The position numbers were made by a program, and so were the translations under genes. 63,343 nt of DNA from an uncultured Gammaproteobacteria bacterium (GTDB lineage: Bacteria > Patescibacteriota > Patescibacteriia > Magasanikbacterales > UBA922). Numbering within the stretch: the first letter of the stretch is position 1; each line of letters starts with the position of its first letter. The DNA lies in assembly GCA_964447765.1 (NCBI GenBank), contig CAYUTO010000005.1, positions 1 through 63,343 on the forward strand. Reading direction: 5' to 3'. Of the stretch, positions 9,274 through 18,643 are shown one piece after another. The notes beneath the pieces were generated by a model. The model was not told where the DNA came from and did no database searches. It saw only the letters and a list, made by a program, of their open reading frames with translations.

Positions 9274-10638
9274 ATGTCACTTATTGATATTAAAAATTTA
9301 TCCGTTGGATATTTTCTTGGCAAAAGTAATGAAGTCAGGGCACTTAGTGATGTAAGTTTGAAAATTGAACCTGGTGAATTTATTATTTTTTTTGGCGCTT
9401 CTGGTTGTGGAAAATCCACCTTGCTTTATACGATTGCTGGGCTCGAACGTCCCACAGGCGGGAGCGTGCTTGTTACGGGTATAAATTTGGCAGAAATGAA
9501 AAATAAAGAACTTGAATATTATCGTCAGCACACTATTGGTATGGTATTTCAGGCGTTTCATCTCATTCCATCTCTCTCTATTGCTAAAAACATCATGTTG
9601 CCTCAAATTGCGATTGGTGGTGACCCAAAAAAACGACGTGAAGAAGCTGAAAGACTCATGAAGTATTTTGGTGTATATGAACAACGCAATAAAGTGCCAA
9701 ATGAATTGTCTGGTGGTCAGCAACAACGTGTTGCGATTTGTCGTTCATTGATTAATGATCCAGAAATTATTTTTGCAGATGAGCCGGTAGGAAATCTTGA
9801 TTCAAAGTCTGCTCATGATGTGCTTGGGCTTATACAAGAATTAAATATCAAGCAGAAGAAAACGGTTATTCTGGTTACCCATGATCCGTCGCATTTGGAT
9901 ATTGCTGACCGGGTCTTTTTTATGAAAGATGGAAAAGTAATTGATACTAAAGTCAATAAAGAAACTAGAAAAATTACTATCGAAAAGCCTGGAGAAGAAG
10001 CAAAGAAGAGCAATCTGGAGCTTGTGTCAAAAACACTTGCCACTTCAGAGCATATGGGAATTGGGGGATTATTTCTTGAATATAAGGTTAAAGAAATTGT
10101 TTCTGATGCACTTACTGGACTCACGATTGAAGAAGTTTCAGGCATTGAGCGTCGAGTATCAGAAATTTTAAAGAATAAATTAAGCGACTATCGTGATTTG
10201 GAAGATTATCTTGACCGTGAGTATACGTTTGGTGGGCTTGATTTGAATAAACGTACCGCACATCGTTTGACTGATAATATACGTGGTGTTGTTGAAGAAA
10301 TGAAGACTTTGGTGGAAGCTGATGCGTCTGGTAAGAAGAGTTTGAGTTACGTTGAAAAACTACGCTTTAATTTACTTGATACATTTGACGTGCATGTTTC
10401 TAGCACTGAGATTGTCGAGCGTATTGAAAGTATTATTCGTGAACGTGTAGAAGGTCGTACTGACCGTAAAGGTGTACAGGCATTATTTGATACGTCAGTC
10501 GTTCAGGGTGGGGCTGGGCTTGATCGGAGAGATGCAAAACGAATGTCAAAACATCTTGAGCTATTGTTGTTGACCAGATACGATGGTCACGTAAAAAACG
10601 ACAAAGAAGGTCATTCAAAATCAAAAAAGTCTAGTTAG
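9274..10638 (+). CDS. MacB/LolD-type ABC ATPase with a ~220-aa C-terminal extension
   Basis: GASGCGKST Walker A, LSGGQQQR, ADEPVGNLD, VTHD; extra domain follows. Confidence 0.9.
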   Translation: MSLIDIKNLSVGYFLGKSNEVRALSDVSLKIEPGEFIIFFGASGCGKSTLLYTIAGLERPTGGSVLVTGINLAEMKNKELEYYRQHTIGMVFQAFHLIPSLSIAKNIMLPQIAIGGDPKKRREEAERLMKYFGVYEQRNKVPNELSGGQQQRVAICRSLINDPEIIFADEPVGNLDSKSAHDVLGLIQELNIKQKKTVILVTHDPSHLDIADRVFFMKDGKVIDTKVNKETRKITIEKPGEEAKKSNLELVSKTLATSEHMGIGGLFLEYKVKEIVSDALTGLTIEEVSGIERRVSEILKNKLSDYRDLEDYLDREYTFGGLDLNKRTAHRLTDNIRGVVEEMKTLVEADASGKKSLSYVEKLRFNLLDTFDVHVSSTEIVERIESIIRERVEGRTDRKGVQALFDTSVVQGGAGLDRRDAKRMSKHLELLLLTRYDGHVKNDKEGHSKSKKSS

Positions 10639-10639
10639 T

Positions 10640-11920
10640 ATGACTACAAACTCAGTAGAAAAAAAATCTGTACACAAAGAGGATAAGAAAAAAATTCTTT
10701 CACGACGCATGGTGGTGAAGGATATCTTGTCACTCTCAACACGTACCTTTAAGACTCGACCAATGCGTACTGCGCTTACGATCCTTGGTATGAGTGTAGG
10801 TATTGGTGCGGTATTGTTTTTGGTATCTTTGGGTTATGGTTTACAGGAAACAGTATTGAATCGTATTACCAATGCTGATGCATTGCTTAGTCTTGATGTA
10901 AGTGCTGGGCAGTCTGAGCTCATAAAATTAGATCGTGCGAATTTGGATAAAATGGCACAATTGCCTAATGTGGAAGAAGTAAGTCCTATTACTGCAATTT
11001 CTTCCCAGATTACACTCAAAGATTTGACTGGAATCGTTACGCTCTATTCGGTGAAACCTTCGTTTTTCCGTCTCAGTGGTATTTTGCCGTTTAAAGGAAA
11101 ACTATTTGAGGCAGCTCAATCAGGAGAAACTAAGCGAGAAATAGTGGTTTCTTCGGCTCTTGCAACTATTTTTAATCTTGATCCTGATTCTATTATTGGA
11201 GAAACAGTTTCTATTACTGCTTTTGTATCAAGACTTGATGAAACAGGGACTGAGGTTGTAAGTACTACTATTATTAGCGACCCTTTTGTAATTGTCGGGG
11301 TGGTGCAGGATGATAAAGAAAGTTTTATGTATTCACCTGAAAGTTTGTTGCAGGATATACATGTAGAGACATACATCGGCGCAAAGATAAAAGTCACTTC
11401 TCCTGAGGTGATGGGAACTATTCGTGATCAGGTTATTGATATGGGTTTCTTTGTTTCTGCATTGCAGGATACAATCGATCAGGTTAAAAAGATTTTCTCA
11501 ATTGTCCAGATAGTCTTGGGTTTGTTTGGGCTTGTTGCTTTGATTGTGTCAGCGATTGGAATGTTTAATACTATGACCGTACTTCTTATGGAACGTACGA
11601 ATGAAATTGGTATTATGCGTTCAATCGGGGTTACGAGAAATGATGTGCGGAAACTTTTTATGGTTGAGGCTATGGTGATGGGTTTTTTGGGAGGGTTAGG
11701 TGGAGTTGCCTTGGGACATCTCGGTGGTGTCTTGGCTAATTTTGGTATCAATTTACTTGCAAAGAATTTTGGAGGACAAGCTCTTAGTTTATTTAGCCGA
11801 CCAGCTTCATTTATTGTGGGTATTATTATATTTTCTACTATCATCGGTTTCATCACTGGTATATTTCCAGCACAACGTGCTGCAAAGATTAAGCCACTTG
11901 ATGCATTGCGGTACAAATAG
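10640..11920 (+). CDS. MacB/FtsX-family ABC permease
   Basis: RTALTILGMSVGIGA, ERTNEIGIMRSIG, PAQRAAKIKPLDALRY. Confidence 0.92.
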   Translation: MTTNSVEKKSVHKEDKKKILSRRMVVKDILSLSTRTFKTRPMRTALTILGMSVGIGAVLFLVSLGYGLQETVLNRITNADALLSLDVSAGQSELIKLDRANLDKMAQLPNVEEVSPITAISSQITLKDLTGIVTLYSVKPSFFRLSGILPFKGKLFEAAQSGETKREIVVSSALATIFNLDPDSIIGETVSITAFVSRLDETGTEVVSTTIISDPFVIVGVVQDDKESFMYSPESLLQDIHVETYIGAKIKVTSPEVMGTIRDQVIDMGFFVSALQDTIDQVKKIFSIVQIVLGLFGLVALIVSAIGMFNTMTVLLMERTNEIGIMRSIGVTRNDVRKLFMVEAMVMGFLGGLGGVALGHLGGVLANFGINLLAKNFGGQALSLFSRPASFIVGIIIFSTIIGFITGIFPAQRAAKIKPLDALRYK

Positions 11921-11959
11921 GGAACATAGTATTTTTTGCATTTTTTTTCGTCATTATTC

Positions 11960-11986
11960 AACTGTGAGATAGCTCACAGTTTTTTT
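11960..11986 (+). terminator. Intrinsic terminator after the ABC permease
   Basis: AACTGTGAG-ATAG-CTCACAGTT followed by a T-run. Confidence 0.8.
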
Positions 11987-12077
11987 CTTTTTTTATCCCC
12001 ATATTTAGCGTAATTTTTCTATTATAACATGAGAAAAAATGGTATACTGTTTTTACTACTTCGTGTGATAGTTTTTT

Positions 12078-15000
12078 ATGGTAAAAGTGAAGAAAAATGA
12101 ACAGAAGTTAGTGAAATCACAATCACGTAATTCTAACAGCAAATATGATTTTGCTGCTTATTGGGTTTGGCATGAATTACTATTATCATATGGTAGACTT
12201 CGTAAAACTACCAAAACTCGCACAGCAAAAAAAGAACTTAATGCTCTTGGTAAACAAATCATGCGTCATTATGTAAAAAACTTTGTTTATTTTCCTGTTT
12301 GGCTGTTTAAATTACTTACACCGTCGTATTTGAAGGGTCCGGTAACGGTGTGGACCAATTTACGCACCATTCTTCGGAGTTCTGAATTTCGCCCTCTTCG
12401 ACTTGCGGTGGTTTCGCAGGCAGTCTTTTGTTTTGTGTTTATTAGATTAGGAATGCTTATTTTTTATAATCTTTCAACTCCAGCTGATGCCGCTACGTTT
12501 GGCTGGATACAGACCACCTGGACTGGGGGAGTCTCGACTACGGCGACAGCGACACATTCGAGTGATCGTACGGGGTGGACTACCTATGTCAGTTCGACTC
12601 AATTGAATACTACTGTTTCATCTGGAAATATCACTATCTCAACTTCATCGTATACAACGACAGATGATAGTAGTCTTTCGACTGACGGGTTGGCAAGTGG
12701 CGGTGGGTTTGCAAATGGAACGACGTCTAGTGTTGTAGTAAGCGGTGGAGATGTGACACTCGGTATTGCATCTGCGGGGGGAGAAATTAATCAGTGGGAT
12801 GCAAGCCCTTATAATCTTCCTGCAACTATCAGTGGTACTGAAGATGGAAATGGAGTAATGATTAGTGATGGGGTTGATGCTTTCTATATCCTTCGTGGAG
12901 GTGGAACGACTGGGTTTTATAAATTTATTCCCTCTGATAAAACAACGAGTACACTTACCTCTGTACCTACCTCTATTCCACCAAACGGTGGTGGTGGATC
13001 AATTGCGCTGTCAGGTGACTATATTTATCTTTATTCTGGTGGCAATAGTAGTGTTAAATTTTACGCGTATTCGATTTCGGGAAATTCATGGACCACTCTC
13101 GCGAACCCGCCAAGTTCCCCTTATGGTGATGGTATTGGTAGTACTATGGCTGTCGATGCTCTGGGAAATATTTATTTTGCAGCAGGTGGGGCGACGACGA
13201 ATTTTTTAAAGTATACAGTAACTTCAAGTGCTCCGTATGGGGAGTGGAGTGTTTTGTCTAACATTGGAAGTTCTGTTGGAAGAGGTTCGCGAGCAATATA
13301 TGATAGTGAGAATAATGATATCCTTATTCTTACAGGTAATAATGGTCATATGATAAGCAAATATGACATTGATTTAAGTGTGATGACTAATTATAGTGGT
13401 GCACCTAATGATCCTGGTTTTACCTCAGGTGCTTCGATGGTAAAAAATGATGATAATGATATTGTATATGCAATTACCGGTCAAAACTATGCATGGCTTG
13501 AGAGATTGAATTTGAATACTGGTACATGGGCTTCAAGACAAACTTCTTCAACGCCTGCTGCAGGAAATACCGTCGGGTATATGATACATAAGCCTGGAGA
13601 AAACAGGATATATACGACATTTGGAGGAACTAGTTTTTACTATCTTCGACCGTTGAATGGAGACTGGATGTTTACGACAACTACCAAACCAATTCCTGGG
13701 TCAATTGGTGCGGGAGCCACGATGATTCGACATAACAATGACGAAATTTATGTATTGGCAGGAGGAGGTAGTAGTGCGATTTATCGTTTTGCGATTAATG
13801 CTGGTACGCAATACACGACTACAGGTACACTCACTTCTGCGACCATTGATCTTAAATATGCTACCTCTACACGGATTTCATGGTCCTCGAGTGCGCATGG
13901 TCAGACTGGTTCTGATCCGGTAAAATTTCAAGTTGCTGCAAATACGGATAATGCTACGTGGAGCTATGTAGGTCCGGATGGAACTTCTGGTACGTACTTC
14001 ACTAGTTCAAATACTGCATTGCCAGGGTCGTTAAATGGAAAAAGATACTATCGATATCGAGCCTATTTAACTACTGCAAATACTTCATTCACTCCGACAC
14101 TTAGTAGTGTTACCTTTACGTATCACAGTTATTTGACCTCTGGTTCACTTGCTTCTAATCCTTTTAATGCTGAGGACGATACTAATGTGCTTGCTGCAGT
14201 CTCATGGGTGGGTAGTACTCCCACAGGTACGGTAATTAAATTCCAGGTACGCACCAGTCCTGATAACTCAAACTTTACTTCATGGATGGGACCTGATGGA
14301 ACTTCTGGTACGTATTTTACTGATAGTAGCGGTGCACAAATGATGCCTGCTCAGTTGATCGATGGCGAAGATGATCGTTGGATTCAGTATAAGGTATTTT
14401 TTGAGTCTGACGGAACAGGTACTCCGATTCTTGAGCAAAGTACGCTCACTTATGTAGTGAATGCACCGCCTGAGATTGTTATTACTAATACTGTCTCGAC
14501 TACGTCTGGTGGAATTGTGGTTGTGAATTATGATGTACGTGATATTGATAGTTCTACAGGTGTTACCGCAGGGGTTGTTGGAGTTACACTTCAGTATTGT
14601 ACGGCGAGTTGTTCGAGTGTGGGGAATGAGGTCTGGGCTACAGCTGCAACCTCGAGTTTGACCGGAACCTTTGGTCCGAGTGTTTCAGTGGATACTGTTT
14701 CAACTACTCAGTATACAAGTTACTCATTAACATGGACCCCGACTAGTTCGTATAATAATCAATATAATGGATCGGATTTTAAAATCCGTCTCCGTGCGAA
14801 TGATTCTGAGGCGGCAAATAATATTGGTGTTGATGAGTCTAATACATTTGTACTTGATACTACTGATCCTATACCAACAATTATTATTGATGGACGGAGC
14901 ACTGCTACTAATACGCTTTCGATTAGTGTGACTGATGATACGATGGCAGGATTAGAAATGAAATTATCAAATGATAGTGATTTGTCTTCTGATGGATTAA

Positions 15001-18000
15001 ATGGGAGTTCAGGTACATGGATCCCCTATGCAACAACCTCGACGTGGAATTTGGGTACTGGAGGAACAACGGTCTATTACCAGGTTAGGGATGCATTTGG
15101 AAATATCTCTGCAAATGGTATTATCTCCTCTGCAGAGACTCCTGAAATTCCTGGAAATTTATTTTTTAAAGATATTTCGAACTCTGATACTTTGGAATGG
15201 CGAGAATTTATTGCATGGCAGATTATTGATGATCCGACTCCTGGATTTGCACAATATGCGATCTATCGTTCAAGTGACGGTATTAATTATACTGAAATTG
15301 CTACTCAAGTATCACGTGTTATTAATTATTATCTTGATACTGATATTGATACAGGGACAACATACTATTACAAAGTCACCTCAGAAGATCTCGATGGTAA
15401 TATTTCGGCGTTTTCGACTATTGTATCTGATGATCCGAATGGGACTGGAGGAACCGATGTGTCTGCACCGACTATTTCAAATATCACGACGAGTTCAGTT
15501 GGGTCTAATTCGATTACCATTTCCTGGGAGACTGATGAAGTATCTGATTCGTATGTTGATTATACAACCGAAGAGGGAAGTGATTTTAGTAATGTAGATA
15601 CGGTGGGTCTGACGACGATGAGAAATAACGCAGCAGGACTTGGTGTTCACACTGTATCTCTCACGAATCTTGCACCAAATACGACGTATTATTTCCGTGT
15701 ACGTTCTCTTGATCCTGATGGTAATGAAGGAATTGGAACACAAGCTCCGAATGGATATGTGTATACGACGCTCACTGGTCCGATCATTTCAGATGTCTCA
15801 GTCGCTGAAATTCGGAATACTGAAGCTATAATTACCTGGACTACTGATCAAGCGAGCGATTCGTATGTAGTTTTTTCCACTTCTTCAAGTTTTACGGCGT
15901 CTTCGACTGTAGGCTCTCCGCTTGCCGTGTCGTCTCATGAAGTTACTTTACCTTCGCTTATTCCAGGTACGGTGTATTATTATTTTGTTCAATCTGGCCA
16001 GGTTACTGATAAGAATATTGTCGAAGGACAGTATGAGTATTATACGTTTGAGACAACTGCGGACCTTACTGCTCCGGTTATTACTTTTGATTCTGAAGAT
16101 GATCTGATTATTACGGACTCATCTCTCGTTATTACTTTTGCAACTGATGAGCCTGCAACCTCGACTATTTTGTATGGTACAAGTGATGAATACGGATCGA
16201 GTGTGATAAATAATAATCTCAATAGTGATCATCATGTGTCGCTTACAGGGCTTCTTCCTGGAACGGTGTATTATCTGAGTATCCAAGTTTCAGATGAAGA
16301 TCGTAATCGATCGAGTGCTTTAGAATTTACTGCGACTACCACTGATAGTGCAGATTATACGGCTCCTATTATTAGTTCAGTTTCTACTCGAGTGGTGACT
16401 GATGATGAGGCACTCATACTCTGGTCAACTGATGAGGGTGCGACGGGTCGGGTTTATTATGGTACGACAAGTTCACTCTATGCTCAATCGAGTAGTTTAA
16501 TTTCAACTTACAATCGCGAGCATGCTATAACTCTAAGTAGTCTCACTACCTCAACTGAATATTTTTATGTAGTTGTATCAGTGGATGCGAGTGGAAATAG
16601 TAGTACTTCAACTGAAAATTCATTTACCACCCTCGAAGAATTATCTGAAGAGAGTGAAGTTCGATTACGTGAAGAAACAGCGTATGCACAAGGTTTGGCT
16701 GATGCTTCTCCGCCTCCAGATTTTGTTGCACCAGTTATTTCAAATGTTACCTCTACAGTCGTGACTGATGATGAGGCTCTTATTATCTGGTCTACTGATG
16801 AAGGTGCGACGGGACGGGTTCATTATGGCACTACTCCTTCATCATATACCGAGTCGAGTGATTTTGTGTCTACGTTTAATAGTGAACATGCGATCACACT
16901 TCATAATCTTGCGACTTCTACACAGTATTATTTTATTGTAGTGTCTGCTGATTCTAGTGCAAATACTTCTACGTCTGCTGAATATACGTTTACTACACTT
17001 GAGACGCTCTCAGAAGAAAGTGAAGTATTACTCCGTGAAGAAACTGCCCGAGCACAGGGTGTGGTGCAGGGATCTGCAACCGTGCCATCGAGCGGTGGTG
17101 GAGGTGGTTCTTCGGTTGATCGGGTGGGTCCCACAATTTCTAATGTTGTCGTGGGAAATATTACCTCTGATAGTGCTTCGATTACGTGGAATACGAATGA
17201 AAATGCAAATACTCTGGTTGAATTTGGAAAAACTACTGATTATGGACGAGGTTCTCTTGATCTTGAAAATACACAGGTACACTCGATTGATTTGGTTGAA
17301 CTCATGCCAGAGACGGTGTATTTTTATCGAGTGAGTTCAATTGATACTTCTGGAAATCGAAGTGCGGGAGTAACTGGATCGTTTACGACTATTTCTCTCG
17401 TGGAAGATATTGTATCGAGCACTGAGGATATTATTGAAGAGCCAGATGAAGAAGCGTCTGATGCAGCAGAACAATTATTCCTCTCTACTATTGAAAAAGC
17501 TGGTCAGATTATCAAGAGTCTTGCTGGTCGTGTGAGTGTGGGTGTGCTCGAGTCATCCTTACTTGCTCAGGCACAGATTATTGAACAATTGTCTGACATT
17601 TTGCCATTACCAATTATTGGTGGACAGCCCGTTGTTGATGCAGGATCGAATTATGCTACGATCTCATGGAGTACTGATAAAAATGCAAATTCACTAGTTG
17701 AGTTTGCGCCTGAAGGAGAGTTTCTGTCTGATAGGACTTATGACCAGACGGTAGGAGAGCCTACGGCTTCTCGAACGGGGCATGTAGTTGAAGTGAAAGG
17801 GTTGCTTCCTGATACGGTATATCATTATCGTGTGGTTTCTCGTACACAAACAGGATCTGAAACAAAGTCTCAGGATTTTGTATTTAAAACGAGATCTCAG
17901 ACTAATGAAATTACGAATTATAATGTGACTGTGCTTTCTCCTGAAGAAGCTACGTTCTCATGGGCAACGACTGTCCCTACTGATTCGGCTTTGACCTATA

Positions 18001-18581
18001 CTCCGTATCGAAATGGGGTACCGCAGGTTGAGGCACGGCAGACGGTGCGACAAGCAGGACTTACTACTCAGCATATTCTCAAAGCATCAGGATTCGAGGC
18101 AGGAGTTCTCTATGATGTGGAATTGCTTGGTACTGACACGGGCAATAATGTGTCGAGTAAGGTGATTAAAGGTTTTTCTACTGAAGGAGAAGATCTTGCT
18201 CCGGTGATTTCACAAATTCAGACTGATGCGGCAATTGTGCCTGGCGGAAAAGAAAAGATTCAAATTATTATTTCATGGCAGACCAATGAATTGTCAACGA
18301 GTAGATTGTTTTATCGTAAAGGATTTGCTGCTGAAGGAATTGAATTTACTGCGAGTACTACTCTCGATCAAAATTACACGAAAAAACATGTGGTAGTAGT
18401 CACCAACTTTGAACCAGGTACGGTGTATCAGTTTGTGGTTGAGAGTATTGATTCAAGTGGTAATACCGGAATTTCCAAAACAATTACTATTCTTACTCCT
18501 CAAAAAGAACAATCAGTGTTTCAGGTGATTTTTAGCAACGTAGAAGACATGTTCTCATGGGTGGGCAAGCTTAGAAGTTAG
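12078..18581 (+). CDS. Giant (2167 aa) surface protein: long leader/TM, Kelch-like propeller, about 10 FN3/purple-acid-phosphatase-N-like domains
   Basis: Hydrophobic segment then ADA|AT cleavage-like site; IYxxxGG...W Kelch-like blades; repeated xPxISxV...IxWxTDE modules; Ser/Thr/Gly rich. Confidence 0.8.
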   Translation: MVKVKKNEQKLVKSQSRNSNSKYDFAAYWVWHELLLSYGRLRKTTKTRTAKKELNALGKQIMRHYVKNFVYFPVWLFKLLTPSYLKGPVTVWTNLRTILRSSEFRPLRLAVVSQAVFCFVFIRLGMLIFYNLSTPADAATFGWIQTTWTGGVSTTATATHSSDRTGWTTYVSSTQLNTTVSSGNITISTSSYTTTDDSSLSTDGLASGGGFANGTTSSVVVSGGDVTLGIASAGGEINQWDASPYNLPATISGTEDGNGVMISDGVDAFYILRGGGTTGFYKFIPSDKTTSTLTSVPTSIPPNGGGGSIALSGDYIYLYSGGNSSVKFYAYSISGNSWTTLANPPSSPYGDGIGSTMAVDALGNIYFAAGGATTNFLKYTVTSSAPYGEWSVLSNIGSSVGRGSRAIYDSENNDILILTGNNGHMISKYDIDLSVMTNYSGAPNDPGFTSGASMVKNDDNDIVYAITGQNYAWLERLNLNTGTWASRQTSSTPAAGNTVGYMIHKPGENRIYTTFGGTSFYYLRPLNGDWMFTTTTKPIPGSIGAGATMIRHNNDEIYVLAGGGSSAIYRFAINAGTQYTTTGTLTSATIDLKYATSTRISWSSSAHGQTGSDPVKFQVAANTDNATWSYVGPDGTSGTYFTSSNTALPGSLNGKRYYRYRAYLTTANTSFTPTLSSVTFTYHSYLTSGSLASNPFNAEDDTNVLAAVSWVGSTPTGTVIKFQVRTSPDNSNFTSWMGPDGTSGTYFTDSSGAQMMPAQLIDGEDDRWIQYKVFFESDGTGTPILEQSTLTYVVNAPPEIVITNTVSTTSGGIVVVNYDVRDIDSSTGVTAGVVGVTLQYCTASCSSVGNEVWATAATSSLTGTFGPSVSVDTVSTTQYTSYSLTWTPTSSYNNQYNGSDFKIRLRANDSEAANNIGVDESNTFVLDTTDPIPTIIIDGRSTATNTLSISVTDDTMAGLEMKLSNDSDLSSDGLNGSSGTWIPYATTSTWNLGTGGTTVYYQVRDAFGNISANGIISSAETPEIPGNLFFKDISNSDTLEWREFIAWQIIDDPTPGFAQYAIYRSSDGINYTEIATQVSRVINYYLDTDIDTGTTYYYKVTSEDLDGNISAFSTIVSDDPNGTGGTDVSAPTISNITTSSVGSNSITISWETDEVSDSYVDYTTEEGSDFSNVDTVGLTTMRNNAAGLGVHTVSLTNLAPNTTYYFRVRSLDPDGNEGIGTQAPNGYVYTTLTGPIISDVSVAEIRNTEAIITWTTDQASDSYVVFSTSSSFTASSTVGSPLAVSSHEVTLPSLIPGTVYYYFVQSGQVTDKNIVEGQYEYYTFETTADLTAPVITFDSEDDLIITDSSLVITFATDEPATSTILYGTSDEYGSSVINNNLNSDHHVSLTGLLPGTVYYLSIQVSDEDRNRSSALEFTATTTDSADYTAPIISSVSTRVVTDDEALILWSTDEGATGRVYYGTTSSLYAQSSSLISTYNREHAITLSSLTTSTEYFYVVVSVDASGNSSTSTENSFTTLEELSEESEVRLREETAYAQGLADASPPPDFVAPVISNVTSTVVTDDEALIIWSTDEGATGRVHYGTTPSSYTESSDFVSTFNSEHAITLHNLATSTQYYFIVVSADSSANTSTSAEYTFTTLETLSEESEVLLREETARAQGVVQGSATVPSSGGGGGSSVDRVGPTISNVVVGNITSDSASITWNTNENANTLVEFGKTTDYGRGSLDLENTQVHSIDLVELMPETVYFYRVSSIDTSGNRSAGVTGSFTTISLVEDIVSSTEDIIEEPDEEASDAAEQLFLSTIEKAGQIIKSLAGRVSVGVLESSLLAQAQIIEQLSDILPLPIIGGQPVVDAGSNYATISWSTDKNANSLVEFAPEGEFLSDRTYDQTVGEPTASRTGHVVEVKGLLPDTVYHYRVVSRTQTGSETKSQDFVFKTRSQTNEITNYNVTVLSPEEATFSWATTVPTDSALTYTPYRNGVPQVEARQTVRQAGLTTQHILKASGFEAGVLYDVELLGTDTGNNVSSKVIKGFSTEGEDLAPVISQIQTDAAIVPGGKEKIQIIISWQTNELSTSRLFYRKGFAAEGIEFTASTTLDQNYTKKHVVVVTNFEPGTVYQFVVESIDSSGNTGISKTITILTPQKEQSVFQVIFSNVEDMFSWVGKLRS
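16395..17060 (+). repeat. Recent 366-bp tandem duplication inside the giant gene
   Basis: GTGACTGATGATGAGGC at 16395 and 16761; GAAGARAGTGAAGT at 16647 and 17013; both offsets are 366 bp (122 aa). Confidence 0.85.
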
Positions 18582-18605
18582 GTATCTATTGTACTGGTTC
18601 TTTTG

Positions 18606-18635
18606 TTGACAAAACGCACTGTTTTTACGTATACT
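18606..18635 (+). promoter_or_regulatory. Sigma70-type promoter of the T-box-glyS transcript
   Basis: TTGACA-N18-TATACT. Confidence 0.7.
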
Positions 18636-18643
18636 ATCTATCG

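Noticed and set aside
15001-15597. 198-aa alternative-frame ORF inside the giant gene
   Set aside because: Leu/Ile/Arg-rich composition expected from a shifted frame of Thr/Ser/Asp codons; no independent start signal.
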